Assembly: GCA_963778655.1 (NCBI GenBank)
Contig: CAVZVA010000011.1
Location: forward strand, 1-64,000
Length of the DNA stretch: 64,000 bases
Direction of reading: 5' to 3'
DNA from: an uncultured delta proteobacterium
GTDB lineage: Bacteria > Myxococcota_A > Polyangia > Polyangiales > JAFGIB01
Positions 9,830-21,456 of this stretch are shown piece after piece. The position numbers and the translations under genes are program-made. Every line of letters starts with the position of its first letter. Position 1 is the first letter of the stretch. The notes beneath the pieces were generated by a model that saw only the letters and a list, made by a program, of their open reading frames with translations, was not told the DNA's origin and did not search any database.

Positions 9830-9979
9830 CGCAGCCTGACCATCTTACATCCGTTTTGCCCCGGCCGCGGACGGCACAGCGATGTGGGCTCACGAGCGCC
9901 TGTGTGTGGATGCCCTGCTGTAATATTTGTGTGAAACTGGAGAGCGTCACGACCCAGAACTCGTCCTGTGAGGTGTCCG

Positions 9980-10423
9980 ATGCGTCTGCGCTCGCTGCTA
10001 ACTTCGGCGGTGTTCGCTGTGTGTTTTCTCGGCTGCGGCGGTAAAGGCGGCGGCGGTGGAGGCGCCGGCAGCTATTCCGTCGCTGACAACGACGGCGGGG
10101 CCAACACCGTGACGCGCGGCTGCGTCGACATGGACGGCGATGGATACGGCAAGAACTGCCCGATGGGACAGGACTGCAACGACAACGATCCCAACATCAC
10201 CGACGAGTGCATTCGCTGCCGGACCACCAATCAAGGCTGTCCTTGCGACCCGGGCACGATGCCGATGCGCTGCGATCCGCACTACATGCAGAAGACCACG
10301 ATGAACGGCGTCAGCGGCACCCTGGTCTGCAGCGAGGGCACGCGCTATTGCCGCGACGGCGTCTACAGCGACTGCGAAGTGCTGTTCCAGTACGCGATGT
10401 TCGTGGCGGACAGCGGACACTGA
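9980..10423 (+). CDS. Cys-rich lipoprotein with a MopE-related DxDGDG...DCND repeat
   Basis: Lipobox FLGC, Gly linker, CVDMDGDGYG...DCNDNDP. Confidence 0.75.
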   Translation: MRLRSLLTSAVFAVCFLGCGGKGGGGGGAGSYSVADNDGGANTVTRGCVDMDGDGYGKNCPMGQDCNDNDPNITDECIRCRTTNQGCPCDPGTMPMRCDPHYMQKTTMNGVSGTLVCSEGTRYCRDGVYSDCEVLFQYAMFVADSGH

Positions 10424-10466
10424 GCCGGTGTAGAACGGCCGTGCGGGTCGTACTCGGCCCGCGGCC

Positions 10467-11384
10467 ATGCACGAAGGCAACACCAAAGCGGTGGTCGCCG
10501 CGCTCGCGGCCAACCTCGGCATCGCGCTGGCCAAGCTGCTCGGGTTCGCGCTGACCTCGGCCACATCGATGCTGGCCGAGGCCGTGCACTCGCTGGCGGA
10601 CTGCGGCAACCAGCTGCTATTGCTGCTGGGCGGAGCCCGAGCGCGGCGCGCGCCGACGCCCGAGCACCCCTTCGGCCACGGGCGCGAGCGTTACTTCTGG
10701 GCGTTCGTGGTGGCGGTGGTGCTGTTCACGCTGGGCGGGGTGTTCGCGATCGCCGAAGGCGTCGAGAAGCTGCTGCACCCGCGGCCGCTGCAGTCGCCTG
10801 CGATCGCGCTCGGCATCCTGCTGTTCTCGCTAGCCGCGGAAGGCTGGTCGCTGCGCACCGCGCTAGGGGAAGCGCGCGCCCAGCGCGTCGAGCGCTCATG
10901 GTGGGAGTTCATCCGCCGCACCAAGACAGCCGAGCTGCCGGTCGTGCTGCTGGAGGACGTGGCCGCCCTGATCGGCCTGCTGCTGGCGCTGTGCGCGGTG
11001 GGCTTGGCCGACTTGACCGGCGACACGCGCCTCGACGGGCTCGGCAGCATCGTGATCGGCGGCCTGCTGGCGCTGGTGGCGGCCCTGCTCGCCACCAAGA
11101 TGCGCAGCCTGCTGGTGGGCGAGGCCGCGACCGAGGCCTCCCTGACCAAGGTCCGCGCCGCCTTGCTCGAGGGCCCCGCCCTGCGCCGCGTGATCCACAT
11201 GCGCAGCATGCACCTCGCGCCCGAGGAGCTGCTGCTGGCGGTGAAGGCCGAGTTCGACCCGAGCCTCTCGTTCGCCGAGCTGGCCGCGGAGATCGACCGG
11301 GTCGAGCAGCGCGTCCGCGAGCGGCTGGGCGAACGCTGCGTGATCTACATCGAGCCCGATGTGTGGCACGATCCGGGCTCATGA
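10467..11384 (+). CDS. Cation diffusion facilitator (CDF) family transporter
   Basis: SMLAEAVHSLADCGNQ, HPFGHGRERY, LLEDVAAL, IYIEPD. Confidence 0.92.
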   Translation: MHEGNTKAVVAALAANLGIALAKLLGFALTSATSMLAEAVHSLADCGNQLLLLLGGARARRAPTPEHPFGHGRERYFWAFVVAVVLFTLGGVFAIAEGVEKLLHPRPLQSPAIALGILLFSLAAEGWSLRTALGEARAQRVERSWWEFIRRTKTAELPVVLLEDVAALIGLLLALCAVGLADLTGDTRLDGLGSIVIGGLLALVAALLATKMRSLLVGEAATEASLTKVRAALLEGPALRRVIHMRSMHLAPEELLLAVKAEFDPSLSFAELAAEIDRVEQRVRERLGERCVIYIEPDVWHDPGS

Positions 11385-11785
11385 CGGGGGCCACTTCTGC
11401 AAGCGCGCTCATGCCCGGCGCCCGCTGCGCCAAGCACGACAGCCGGCCCGCGACCGGAGTGTGCGGGCGCTGCGGCGACTACCTGTGCGGGTTGTGCGGC
11501 CGGCGCGTGGGCGAGCGCCTGTATTGCGCGGGCTGCGCCGAACGCTTGACCACCACGCACAGCCGGCGCGCGGTCTACGCGCTGGTGCTCGGCCTGCTCG
11601 GCGTGCACGGCCTATTCGTGCTGGCACCTGTGGCGCTGGTGCTGGGCGGGCTCGAGCTGGGCGCGATCCGCGAGGGGGACGCGCCGGTCGGCGGCACCGG
11701 TCTGGCGCGCGCCGGGCTCTGGCTCGGGGCAGCCGGTGTGGCGATGCCGATCAGCGCGCTGCTGGTCTGGCTCGCGGTGAGGTAA
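11381..11785 (+). CDS. B-box-type zinc finger plus DUF4190-like membrane protein
   Basis: CAKH...CGRCGDYLCGLC...YCAGC followed by two TM segments; ATGA overlap with the CDF stop. Confidence 0.72.
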   Translation: MTGATSASALMPGARCAKHDSRPATGVCGRCGDYLCGLCGRRVGERLYCAGCAERLTTTHSRRAVYALVLGLLGVHGLFVLAPVALVLGGLELGAIREGDAPVGGTGLARAGLWLGAAGVAMPISALLVWLAVR

Positions 11786-11791
11786 ACGGAC

Positions 11792-12766
11792 GTGAACGGA
11801 CGCACCACGGCGACCGAGGCCTTCGACCTGCAGCGGGCGCTCTCGCACGCTCTCGCGGCCGTGCGCCTCGCGACCGGTCCGATGTGGGTCGGCGGCGTGT
11901 TGATGTCGGTATCGGACGGCTGCGGCGGGGGCGTACCCGCCAATCTCTCCTCGCTGCTCAAAGGCGGCCAGCACGGGCGCTCGAACGCGTGGCTGACCAG
12001 TGCGCCCGCGGGCGCGCGCGGCGTGCTCGACGCGCTCGGGCACAACCACATGCTCGGCTGGGTGCTCGGCTTGATCGTGGCCGCGGTGCTGGCCGGATTG
12101 CTGATCGGCATCGCCTTGTTTGGGCTCAACTGCTGGGTGAGCACCGGTTTCGTCCGCCTGCATGTGCACATCCTGGAGCACGCCGGCGAGGAGCTGGCGC
12201 CCCTGTTCACCGGACGCGACCGCTTCTGGGCGATGGCCGGCTTCAAGCTGCTGCAGACCTTCTCGGTCACGGCCGCGGGCATCGTCGCAGCCTGGCCCGG
12301 CGCGCTGCTGGCCTACGCCGGCTACGCGAAGCACAACAACACGCTGCTGATCGGCGGCATCGGCTGCATGATCATCCTCGCGCTGCCGGCGCTGATCTAC
12401 GTCGCGCTCGGCGCGTACCTGGGTGAGCTGGCGGTCGTGCTGGAGACGGCGCCCCCGGTCCAGGCCTTGCGCCGGGCGTGGGGGCTGGCGAGCGGCAACC
12501 GCTTTCCGCTGATGCTGTTCGGCTTCGTCTGCGGGCTGCTGCAATTCGTCAGCGTGTTCGGCGTGATTCTGTGCTGCGTGGGCGTGCTGGCCACCGTGCC
12601 GCTGGCGCGCGCGCTGGTCGGCTTCGCCAAGACCGAGAGCTACCTGCTGCTCACGCGCGACCGCGCGCAGAGCGCCGGCTGGAAGCTGTGGCAGAAGCTG
12701 GCGGACGAGGACCGCGTCGAGCCGGTGGAAGGCTGGGGGCTCCCGCCCGGGCAGCCGCCCGCGTGA
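11792..12766 (+). CDS. Integral membrane protein of unknown function
   Basis: Multiple hydrophobic helices; ALRRAWGL motif; follows the previous gene by 6 nt. Confidence 0.7.
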   Translation: MNGRTTATEAFDLQRALSHALAAVRLATGPMWVGGVLMSVSDGCGGGVPANLSSLLKGGQHGRSNAWLTSAPAGARGVLDALGHNHMLGWVLGLIVAAVLAGLLIGIALFGLNCWVSTGFVRLHVHILEHAGEELAPLFTGRDRFWAMAGFKLLQTFSVTAAGIVAAWPGALLAYAGYAKHNNTLLIGGIGCMIILALPALIYVALGAYLGELAVVLETAPPVQALRRAWGLASGNRFPLMLFGFVCGLLQFVSVFGVILCCVGVLATVPLARALVGFAKTESYLLLTRDRAQSAGWKLWQKLADEDRVEPVEGWGLPPGQPPA

Positions 12767-12822
12767 GGCCCAAACTGGTGTTTCGCCGTGTGCCACGCGA
12801 CTGAGGCCGAGTCGCTGGCTCA

Positions 12823-12886
12823 GACTCGGGTTTCGCCCTTTTGCGGCGGATGATCGGGCCGCCGGAAAAGCGGCGAAACCCGAGTC
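12823..12886. terminator. Long hairpin between convergent genes (bidirectional terminator or REP-like)
   Basis: GACTCGGGTTTCGCC ... GGCGAAACCCGAGTC 15-bp arms plus an imperfect inner stem. Confidence 0.6.
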
Positions 12887-13463
12887 AGATGGCCGAGTCC
12901 TCGCCAGGGGCCAGCGCAGGACAGAAGCCTTGGGACCGGATGCGCAGCGCGGCGTTGAACTTGCTCGACGCATTTTGCAGGGCGATCAGCGCGGTCAGCT
13001 CGACGATCGCGTCGTCGGCGAAGAAGCCGCGCAGCCGATCGAAGAGGGCGTCGTCTACGCCCTCGCCGGTGGTCGTCATGGCCACCGCGTAAGCGAGAGC
13101 GGCGCGTTCCTGCTCCGAGAAGAGGTCCGACCTCTCGTATTCTCCGAGCGCCATCGCCTTGTCCATGCCGACGCCCCGTTCCTGCAAGCGGGCCGCGTTG
13201 AGGTCGATGCAGAACGAGCACCTGTTGATCTGCGAGACCTTGACCATCACGAGGGAGCGCAGCGCCGGCGAGATGGGCGAGCTCTTTCGATCGACGGCCG
13301 CGACCAGATGCAAGAATCCGCGCAGCGCCGCCGGCGCCCGCGCCCAGACCCGCGTGGGCTCGAGCACGACGCCATGCTGCCGGCGCTGCAGCGCATACAG
13401 CACCCGGATCCACAGCGGGGCGCGGGCCTGTGACAGACCTGGGATGCGAGAGGCTTCTTTCAT
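12885..13463 (-). CDS. AhpD/carboxymuconolactone decarboxylase family protein
   Basis: LRSLVMVKVSQINRCSFCIDLN CxxC motif, ERAALAYA, IVELTALI; start uncertain (13463 or 13526). Confidence 0.85.
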   Translation of the reverse strand: MKEASRIPGLSQARAPLWIRVLYALQRRQHGVVLEPTRVWARAPAALRGFLHLVAAVDRKSSPISPALRSLVMVKVSQINRCSFCIDLNAARLQERGVGMDKAMALGEYERSDLFSEQERAALAYAVAMTTTGEGVDDALFDRLRGFFADDAIVELTALIALQNASSKFNAALRIRSQGFCPALAPGEDSAI

Positions 13464-13509
13464 GGCGTCCTTGGCCGCGCGGCGAACGCGGGCAGCGACG
13501 TGCGCAAGC

Positions 13510-14196
13510 TCATCTCGGGTCCCCATAGAGCCGGGCGAGCCGTGCCGCCGGGACCCCGAGCCGGAATAGCAGTGGAAAGAGGTTGACGAGCAGCGTGTAA
13601 TAGATCGGCCGTTGGAGAAAGCGCCGCCCGGAAACGCGCACGCAGGCGCGCACGGTCCGAACGTGCCCCGCCTGTCGCAGCCGGCGGCTGAACGCCAGGT
13701 CTTCCATCAAGGGCAGCTCCGGGAAACCGCCGGTGGCACGGAACGCGTCGGCCCGGACGAACAGCGCCTGGTCTCCGTAGGGAAGCGTCGTGTAGCGCGA
13801 GCGCAGATCGGCCAAGTGCAGCAGCGGGGCGAGCCAGGAGCTGCTGCCGTCCGGCACCGTCCAGGTGCGGAAGGCGCCTGCCACATTCGCGGAGTCCGAC
13901 AGCGCCTCGCGGATCCACCGCGTGGCGTCGCCGGGCAGCGACACATCGGCATGAAGAAACAGCAGCACGTCCCCGGTCGCGACCGCAGCGCCGGCGTTCA
14001 TCTGACGGGCGCGGCCGCGCTCGGCCTCGAGCACCCGAGCCGTGCCGCGGGCGCGGGCGATCTCCAGCGTGCGATCCGAGCTGCCGCCGTCGACGACGAC
14101 GACCTCGTGGAGGTCTCCCATGGCGGCCAGGGCGTCGAGCTGCCCCCCGATCCGAGCTTCCTCGTCGAGCACGGGGATGATGACGGCTACGCGCAC
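13510..14196 (-). CDS. GT2 glycosyltransferase, TIGR04283-like (arsenosugar/rSAM-associated)
   Basis: VIIPVLDE, VDGGSSD, GRARQMNAGA, LFLHAD, PYGDQALF, LMED. Confidence 0.88.
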   Translation of the reverse strand: MRVAVIIPVLDEEARIGGQLDALAAMGDLHEVVVVDGGSSDRTLEIARARGTARVLEAERGRARQMNAGAAVATGDVLLFLHADVSLPGDATRWIREALSDSANVAGAFRTWTVPDGSSSWLAPLLHLADLRSRYTTLPYGDQALFVRADAFRATGGFPELPLMEDLAFSRRLRQAGHVRTVRACVRVSGRRFLQRPIYYTLLVNLFPLLFRLGVPAARLARLYGDPR

Positions 14197-14867
14197 GAAT
14201 CCCGCCCCCGGGTTGGAGCTGCCAGCAACTCCGCTGTCGTCGCAGCGACCACCTCTCCGCGTTCGATCAGCCCGCGCAGGCGAAGCAGGTCCGCGGGCCG
14301 GTCGACGTCGAACCAGGGCTCGAGCACGCGCACGCTCATCCCATGGGCTTGGAGCCGTTCCCGCGTGGCGGCGAAGGTAGTCCCTGCGCTCCAAGGTAGG
14401 TCGCGAAAGAGTCCCGGCCAGCATCGTTTGAGCGCGACGAGGTAGAAGCCGCCGTCATCGGCGGGCCCCAGCGCCGCATCGGCAGCATGAAGCGCATCGC
14501 GGGCGCTGACCAGAAGGCGTTCGGGAAGCCCCGGCGTGTCGGCGCCGATGGCGATCGCGACGCTGGATTCCGCAAGCGCTCGACCCAAGATGCGCTCGAG
14601 ACGCCGGCCCAGGTCGCCTTCGCCCTGCTGCCAGACCGAGGCTGCGGGCAGCCGGCGCCAATCGTCGGCTGCGGGATCGGTGGTCGCGACGACGGCGCGC
14701 GCCCAAGGCAGCGCCGACACCGCGGACCAGGTGTCGGTGAAGAAGGCTCGCGCCAGCTGCGCCACCCTGTCTGCCGAGTGCTCTCGGATCAATCGGGTCT
14801 TGGCCTCTCCAGGACGCGAGGGCTTGGCGAAGACGCAGATGATCGGCGGGTTGCTCAGCGCGTCCAT
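14187..14867 (-). CDS. TIGR04282/DUF2064-like transferase (arsenosugar/rSAM-associated)
   Basis: VFAKP..PG.AKTRL, QGEGDLG.RL, IGADTP, LGPADDGGFYL, WFDVD; SD GGAGG. Confidence 0.88.
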   Translation of the reverse strand: MDALSNPPIICVFAKPSRPGEAKTRLIREHSADRVAQLARAFFTDTWSAVSALPWARAVVATTDPAADDWRRLPAASVWQQGEGDLGRRLERILGRALAESSVAIAIGADTPGLPERLLVSARDALHAADAALGPADDGGFYLVALKRCWPGLFRDLPWSAGTTFAATRERLQAHGMSVRVLEPWFDVDRPADLLRLRGLIERGEVVAATTAELLAAPTRGRDSCA

Positions 14868-16414
14868 GAAAACCACCTCCGCAAGAGCTGTCGCAGGCTC
14901 GGCGTCAGGCGCGCCCGCTGATGGGCATCGCCGAGGCGCTTCCACACCTCGCCCTGGGTCGGGTAAGGCGCGATCGCCCGTGCGACGGCATCGATTCGCA
15001 GGCCCTCGTTCATCGCCAGCACCATTTCGCCCAGCATGTCCCCCGCGTGCCCGGCGACGAGGGTGGCGCCGAGGATGCGCCCCGCGCGATCGACGTGGAC
15101 GCGGGCAAACCCTTCGGTCTCGCCGTCGAGCACGGCGCGATCGATCTCTGCGAGCTGCACCGTATGCGTGCGAACGTCGAGGCCGCGCTGCTTGGCCTCC
15201 TTCTCGTGCAGGCCGACGTGCGCGACCTCGGGAGCGGTGAACGTGCACCACGGGATGCGCAGCGCGCTGGCCTTCTTGCGTCCGAAGAAAAGCGCATTCT
15301 GGATCACGACCCGTGCCATGGCGTCGGCGGCGTGGGTGAGCTTGTAGGCCGAGCACACGTCCCCGGCGGCGTAGATCCGCCGGTTCGACGTGCGCAGGTG
15401 ATCGTCCACCTTCACGCCGTCCCCGTCCACCTCCACACCTGCCGCGTCCAGGCCGAGCCCTTCGATGTTCGCGCTGCGCCCCACGGCGAGCAGGATCTCG
15501 TCGGCTTCCGCGTGCTCCTCGCCTCGCCCTCGCTCGAAGACGACCAGCTTGGTGTCGGCTTCGCGGGCGACCCGGATCAGGCGAGCGCCGAGCGCCATGC
15601 GCATGCCTTCGGCCTCGAAGCGCGTGGCGAGAACCGCGGCGGCCTCCTCGTCGTCGCGCGGCAACAGCCGCGGGTCGAGGCTCACCAGCGTGACCTCGCT
15701 GCCGAAGCGACGAAATGCCTGGCCGAGCTCGCAGCCGATGGGGCCGGCCCCGATCACGACCAGCCGCCGCGGCAGCGCGGTCAGCGAGAAGACGGTCTCA
15801 TTGGTGAGGTAGCCCGCCTCGGCAAGGCCGGGCACCGGAATGCTCGCGGCGCGCGCGCCGGTCGCGATGACGGCGTGCTTGAAGCGCAGCCGGAGATCGC
15901 CAACTTCCAGCGCGTCCGGGCCCGTGAAGCGCGCATCGCCCAAGTACACGTCGACGCCGAGGTCACGCAGCCGAGCGGCGGAATCGTTGAACGAGATGCC
16001 GGCTCGCAGGCGCCGCATGCGCGTCATGGCGGCAGCAAAATCGGCGCGAACGCGGCCCTCGATGCGCAGGCCGAAGTCCGCGGCAGCGCGGACCTCGTGG
16101 AGCGCGCGCGCCGCACGCAACAGGGCCTTGGACGGCACGCAGCCAAAATTCAGGCAGTCGCCGCCCATGAGACGTCGTTCCACCAGGGCCACGCGTGCGC
16201 CCAGCCCAGCCGCGCCTGCAGCCGACACCAGCCCCGCTGTGCCCGCGCCGACGACCACCAGGTTGTAGCGGTCCGCCGGCAGGGGCGACTTCCAGGCCGG
16301 CGGGTGGACGTTCTCGACGAGCACGCGATTGTGCTCGTCGTCGGGAAGCATCAGCCCGCTCGCGGCCACGTCGGCCGGTGTGCTCGCCAAGGCCGTGCCG
16401 GGGCTCGACGTCAT
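14855..16414 (-). CDS. Pyridine nucleotide-disulfide oxidoreductase (mercuric-reductase-like, lacking the MerA C-terminal CC)
   Basis: GAGTAG, GGDCLNFGCVPSK, GAGPIG, YAAGDV; ends RRWFSWTR. Confidence 0.88.
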   Translation of the reverse strand: MTSSPGTALASTPADVAASGLMLPDDEHNRVLVENVHPPAWKSPLPADRYNLVVVGAGTAGLVSAAGAAGLGARVALVERRLMGGDCLNFGCVPSKALLRAARALHEVRAAADFGLRIEGRVRADFAAAMTRMRRLRAGISFNDSAARLRDLGVDVYLGDARFTGPDALEVGDLRLRFKHAVIATGARAASIPVPGLAEAGYLTNETVFSLTALPRRLVVIGAGPIGCELGQAFRRFGSEVTLVSLDPRLLPRDDEEAAAVLATRFEAEGMRMALGARLIRVAREADTKLVVFERGRGEEHAEADEILLAVGRSANIEGLGLDAAGVEVDGDGVKVDDHLRTSNRRIYAAGDVCSAYKLTHAADAMARVVIQNALFFGRKKASALRIPWCTFTAPEVAHVGLHEKEAKQRGLDVRTHTVQLAEIDRAVLDGETEGFARVHVDRAGRILGATLVAGHAGDMLGEMVLAMNEGLRIDAVARAIAPYPTQGEVWKRLGDAHQRARLTPSLRQLLRRWFSWTR

Positions 16415-17157
16415 GGCAGTAGCTCCCTTGTGCCGGAAGGGCTGAGCGGGCCTGCACCCTGGATGGCGCGATTGAGCGCACGGCGAGCGATGCGTGTGAT
16501 GAGCGCGGTGGCCACGACGGTGGCGGCCAGACCCACCCAGTAGAGCAGCTGGCCAAACACGCCGGCCGAAGGCCGGCTGCCGCTCAACAGCTCGCTCACG
16601 CTCGTGATCGAGGAGCCCAGGTAGACGTAGAGAAACGTGCCCGGGAGCATGCCCAAGAACGACGCCAGGACGTAGGTGCGCAGCTCGATCCGCGTCAGCC
16701 CGAGCGCGTAGTTGAGCAGGTTGAAGGGAAATAGGGGCGATAGCCGAAGCAAGAGGACCACGACGAAGGCGAGCTTGAAGCCGTCCTCGCCGATGGCCCG
16801 ATCGATCGCCGCGAAGCGAGGGTGCTGCGCCGCACGCCGGGCCACCCAGCCGCGAGCGATCGACCGGCCCAGCACGAACGCCAGCGTGGCCGCGAGAACG
16901 CTGACCGGCGAGACCAACAACGTGCCCCACACGGGACCGTAGGCGAAGCCGGCGCCGACCGTCAGCATCGACCCTGGGACGAACAGCAGCGTCGCAAGCA
17001 CGTACACCAGCGCGTAGACCAGAGCCCCGAGCCCACCAGCCCCGCGGATCCAGCCGACCAGCTCGAGCAGGCCGCGATGCACCGGCAACAGCAGCAAGGC
17101 CGCCAGGAGCAGAGCCGCCGCAACCAATGCGAGCGCGACTCCTGCCCACTTGCTCAT
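16411..17157 (-). CDS. TVP38/TMEM64 (DedA/VTT) family membrane protein
   Basis: FVPGSMLTVGAGFAYG, LLRLSPLFPFNLLNYALG, GMLPGT; ATGA overlap with the next gene. Confidence 0.9.
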   Translation of the reverse strand: MSKWAGVALALVAAALLLAALLLLPVHRGLLELVGWIRGAGGLGALVYALVYVLATLLFVPGSMLTVGAGFAYGPVWGTLLVSPVSVLAATLAFVLGRSIARGWVARRAAQHPRFAAIDRAIGEDGFKLAFVVVLLLRLSPLFPFNLLNYALGLTRIELRTYVLASFLGMLPGTFLYVYLGSSITSVSELLSGSRPSAGVFGQLLYWVGLAATVVATALITRIARRALNRAIQGAGPLSPSGTRELLP

Positions 17158-17224
17158 GCGGCCGTCTCGATCGCGAGCCGGAGCTCGGGGATGGCGTGAA
17201 GCCGGAGCACCGAGCTGCGGCCCG

Positions 17225-18237
<1,013 letters not shown>

Positions 18238-18238
<1 letters not shown>

Positions 18239-18517
18239 CAGCAGCAGCCTCCGAGCCCACTGCATCGAGCTGCGAAGGCCTTCTCGCACACCGCCGTCCG
18301 CGCCCCACGACGCAGCGCGTGCCCGCCGTCGTCGACCGCCTCCAGCTCGGCTTCCAGCGCCACCAGCTCGTCGGCCGACCCGATGGGATTGTCCCTGAGG
18401 TGAGCGTCCAGCATTTCGAGAATCCAACGTGAGGACTTGAAGGACTTGAATGCGTCCCTTCTTGAAGGTGACGTTGCGGCAGCCGATCTTCAAGGCGACC
18501 GCAGGCACCGCCATCAC
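18238..18517 (-). pseudogene. Collapsed remnant of an ArsM-like SAM-dependent methyltransferase
   Basis: IG..NVTFKKGRIQ, then a frameshift into LEMLDAHLRDNP..., DDGGHALRRGARTAVCEK and terminal GGCC*; 9-bp tandem duplication at 18432-18449; TGA overlaps the arsS ATG. Confidence 0.6.
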
Positions 18518-18661
18518 GCGGCGCGGCAGCCAGAGACGTCGCGTTCGGCGCGCGGATCCTCGTGGCGCTCGACTCTACGCTCGGGAGCCGACGCAAGCTC
18601 CCCGTGCTGCGCTGAGCCGCCACGGGCGCCGACTCGCATTTCGCGCCGGCGAGCCTCGCGC

Positions 18662-19600
<939 letters not shown>

Positions 19601-19763
19601 GGCGCGGCGCTCCGGATCGGGCCGTGCCTCGGCCCTACGAACAGACTCTCTCGGCGGCCCTGGCCGCGGGGAGGCGTATCTATAGTGCAACGGGGCCATC
19701 TGTCTACGCCAGTTCGGCCGTGGGGCGCGGAATTCGGCAATTTCGGGGTATGCTGCGGCGACC

Positions 19764-19817
19764 GGAAGGCACGCGCCTTCCCGCCCCGGCCTGAGACGCC
19801 GGGGCCCCACCCTCCCC
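19764..19817 (+). repeat. Intergenic copy of the ACGC-loop hairpin repeat family
   Basis: GGAAGGC-ACGC-GCCTTCC, then GCCCCGGC-N7-GCCGGGGC-CCCACCC. Confidence 0.6.
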
Positions 19818-19828
19818 GCTGCCCTATC

Positions 19829-21412
19829 ATGGCGACCCGCTCACCGGCCGCGGCGCGAATCTGGCTGCTGCCGCTCTCGATCGTGGGCGGGGTGTGCCTC
19901 TTGCTGGTGGTGGGGACGCTGCTGGTAGACGCCTCCGCGGACGGCGCGAGCGCGGCGCGCATGCTGGATCTGCTGCGCCACCCCAACGCCGAGGCCGCGC
20001 TCGGCACGCTCACCAATGCCGGGCAGGTGGTCTCAGGAGTGCTCGCGATCGCGCTGACGGTGGTCGCGATCGTGGTGGAGCTGGCAAGCAACCGCTACAC
20101 GCACCGCGTGACCGAGCTGTTCATCACCGAGCCGATCAACTTCGCGGTGATGGCGCTGTTCGTGGTGACCACGCTGCAGGGCGCGTGGGTCACCATGACC
20201 TTCGACCCCGACGGCCACCCCAGCGGCTTCGTGCCCTACGCCGGCATCGGCGTGGCGATGGCACTGCTGACGCTTTCTCTGCTGATCCTGCTGCCCTACT
20301 TCAATTTCGTCTTCGTATACCTGAACCCGATCCGGATCGTGGAGCGCATCTCCAAGCGCACGCTGCAGGCGGTCGCGCGCTGCCGCGGTCAGATGTACGA
20401 CGTGCAAGCGGAGGCGGTGCGCGGCGTCGAGCAACTGGGCGACGTCGCGCTCAACGCAATGCAGAACCGCGACACCGGCGTGTCGATGGCGGCCGTCGAC
20501 GCGCTGCGCGAGCTGATGCAGCAGTTCCAGGCCATCCGCGGGCAGCTGCCGGAGGGATTCTTCTGCGTGGGCGGCGAGCTCGCGCACAACGCCGACTTCG
20601 TGTCGATGGACGCCCACGTGCTCGAGCAGGTCAGCGCACGCCGCACCTGGCTTGAGCTCAAGATCCTGCGCCAGTACCAGATGGTGTTCGGCGAGGCGCT
20701 CAACCGCATCCGCGACGTCAACCACGTGATCGCGATCAACACGCGCCTGCTCGCGGAGGATGCGGCGCGGCGCGACCACGTCGTGCTGGTCGAGCTGCTG
20801 ATCAAGTTCTTCAACACCTACCTGCGCACCGCCATCAACGGGCAGGACGTGCGCACCGCGTACAGCGTGATCTACCAGTACCGGCTGCTGGCGCAGAGCC
20901 TGCTCGACTACCGCAGCGGCGCCTACAGCGTCGAGATCGCGCGCCACTTTCATTACTACGGACTGCTCTCCTACAACGCCAAGCTGCCCTTCATCCTGGA
21001 AACGGTCGCCTACGACCTGTGCAGCCTGATCGAGAGCGCCCACGAGCGCGGCAGCGCGCGGGTCGACGAGCTGCTGCAGACCTTCCTGCACGTCGACAAG
21101 GAGGGCGAGGGCGAGGTCAACGAGGCCAGCCTGCGGGGCGTGCGCAAGGCACAGGTCAAGCTGGCGACCTACTACCTCCTGCACGGCGACCTGGAGCGCG
21201 CGCGCAAGGTCCAAGAGGACATGGCGCACGAGGATGCGCAGCGGCTGACCTCGATCCGCGACGAGCTGCTCTCGGTGCAGTCGCCGGAGTACTGGGAGAT
21301 CATCGAGCGCGGCGTGAACTTCGACTACCTCCCGGAGGAGCGCAAGGCCAAGCTCGGCGAGTTCTTCAGCTGGTTCGCGGCCTTGCCGCCCGAGGCTCGC
21401 AGCAGCCGCTGA
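19829..21412 (+). CDS. DUF2254-family membrane protein
   Basis: N-terminal TM helices, VELASNRYT, QLGDVALNA..D...AVDAL; long helical C-terminus. Confidence 0.72.
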   Translation: MATRSPAAARIWLLPLSIVGGVCLLLVVGTLLVDASADGASAARMLDLLRHPNAEAALGTLTNAGQVVSGVLAIALTVVAIVVELASNRYTHRVTELFITEPINFAVMALFVVTTLQGAWVTMTFDPDGHPSGFVPYAGIGVAMALLTLSLLILLPYFNFVFVYLNPIRIVERISKRTLQAVARCRGQMYDVQAEAVRGVEQLGDVALNAMQNRDTGVSMAAVDALRELMQQFQAIRGQLPEGFFCVGGELAHNADFVSMDAHVLEQVSARRTWLELKILRQYQMVFGEALNRIRDVNHVIAINTRLLAEDAARRDHVVLVELLIKFFNTYLRTAINGQDVRTAYSVIYQYRLLAQSLLDYRSGAYSVEIARHFHYYGLLSYNAKLPFILETVAYDLCSLIESAHERGSARVDELLQTFLHVDKEGEGEVNEASLRGVRKAQVKLATYYLLHGDLERARKVQEDMAHEDAQRLTSIRDELLSVQSPEYWEIIERGVNFDYLPEERKAKLGEFFSWFAALPPEARSSR

Positions 21413-21456
21413 CGAACGGGTGGCCCGGCCCGTCCGGGACTTTCCGGGTGAACCGA

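Noticed and set aside
14855..16414. merA mercuric reductase
   Set aside because: No C-terminal Cys-Cys pair, no NmerA domain and no mer operon genes.
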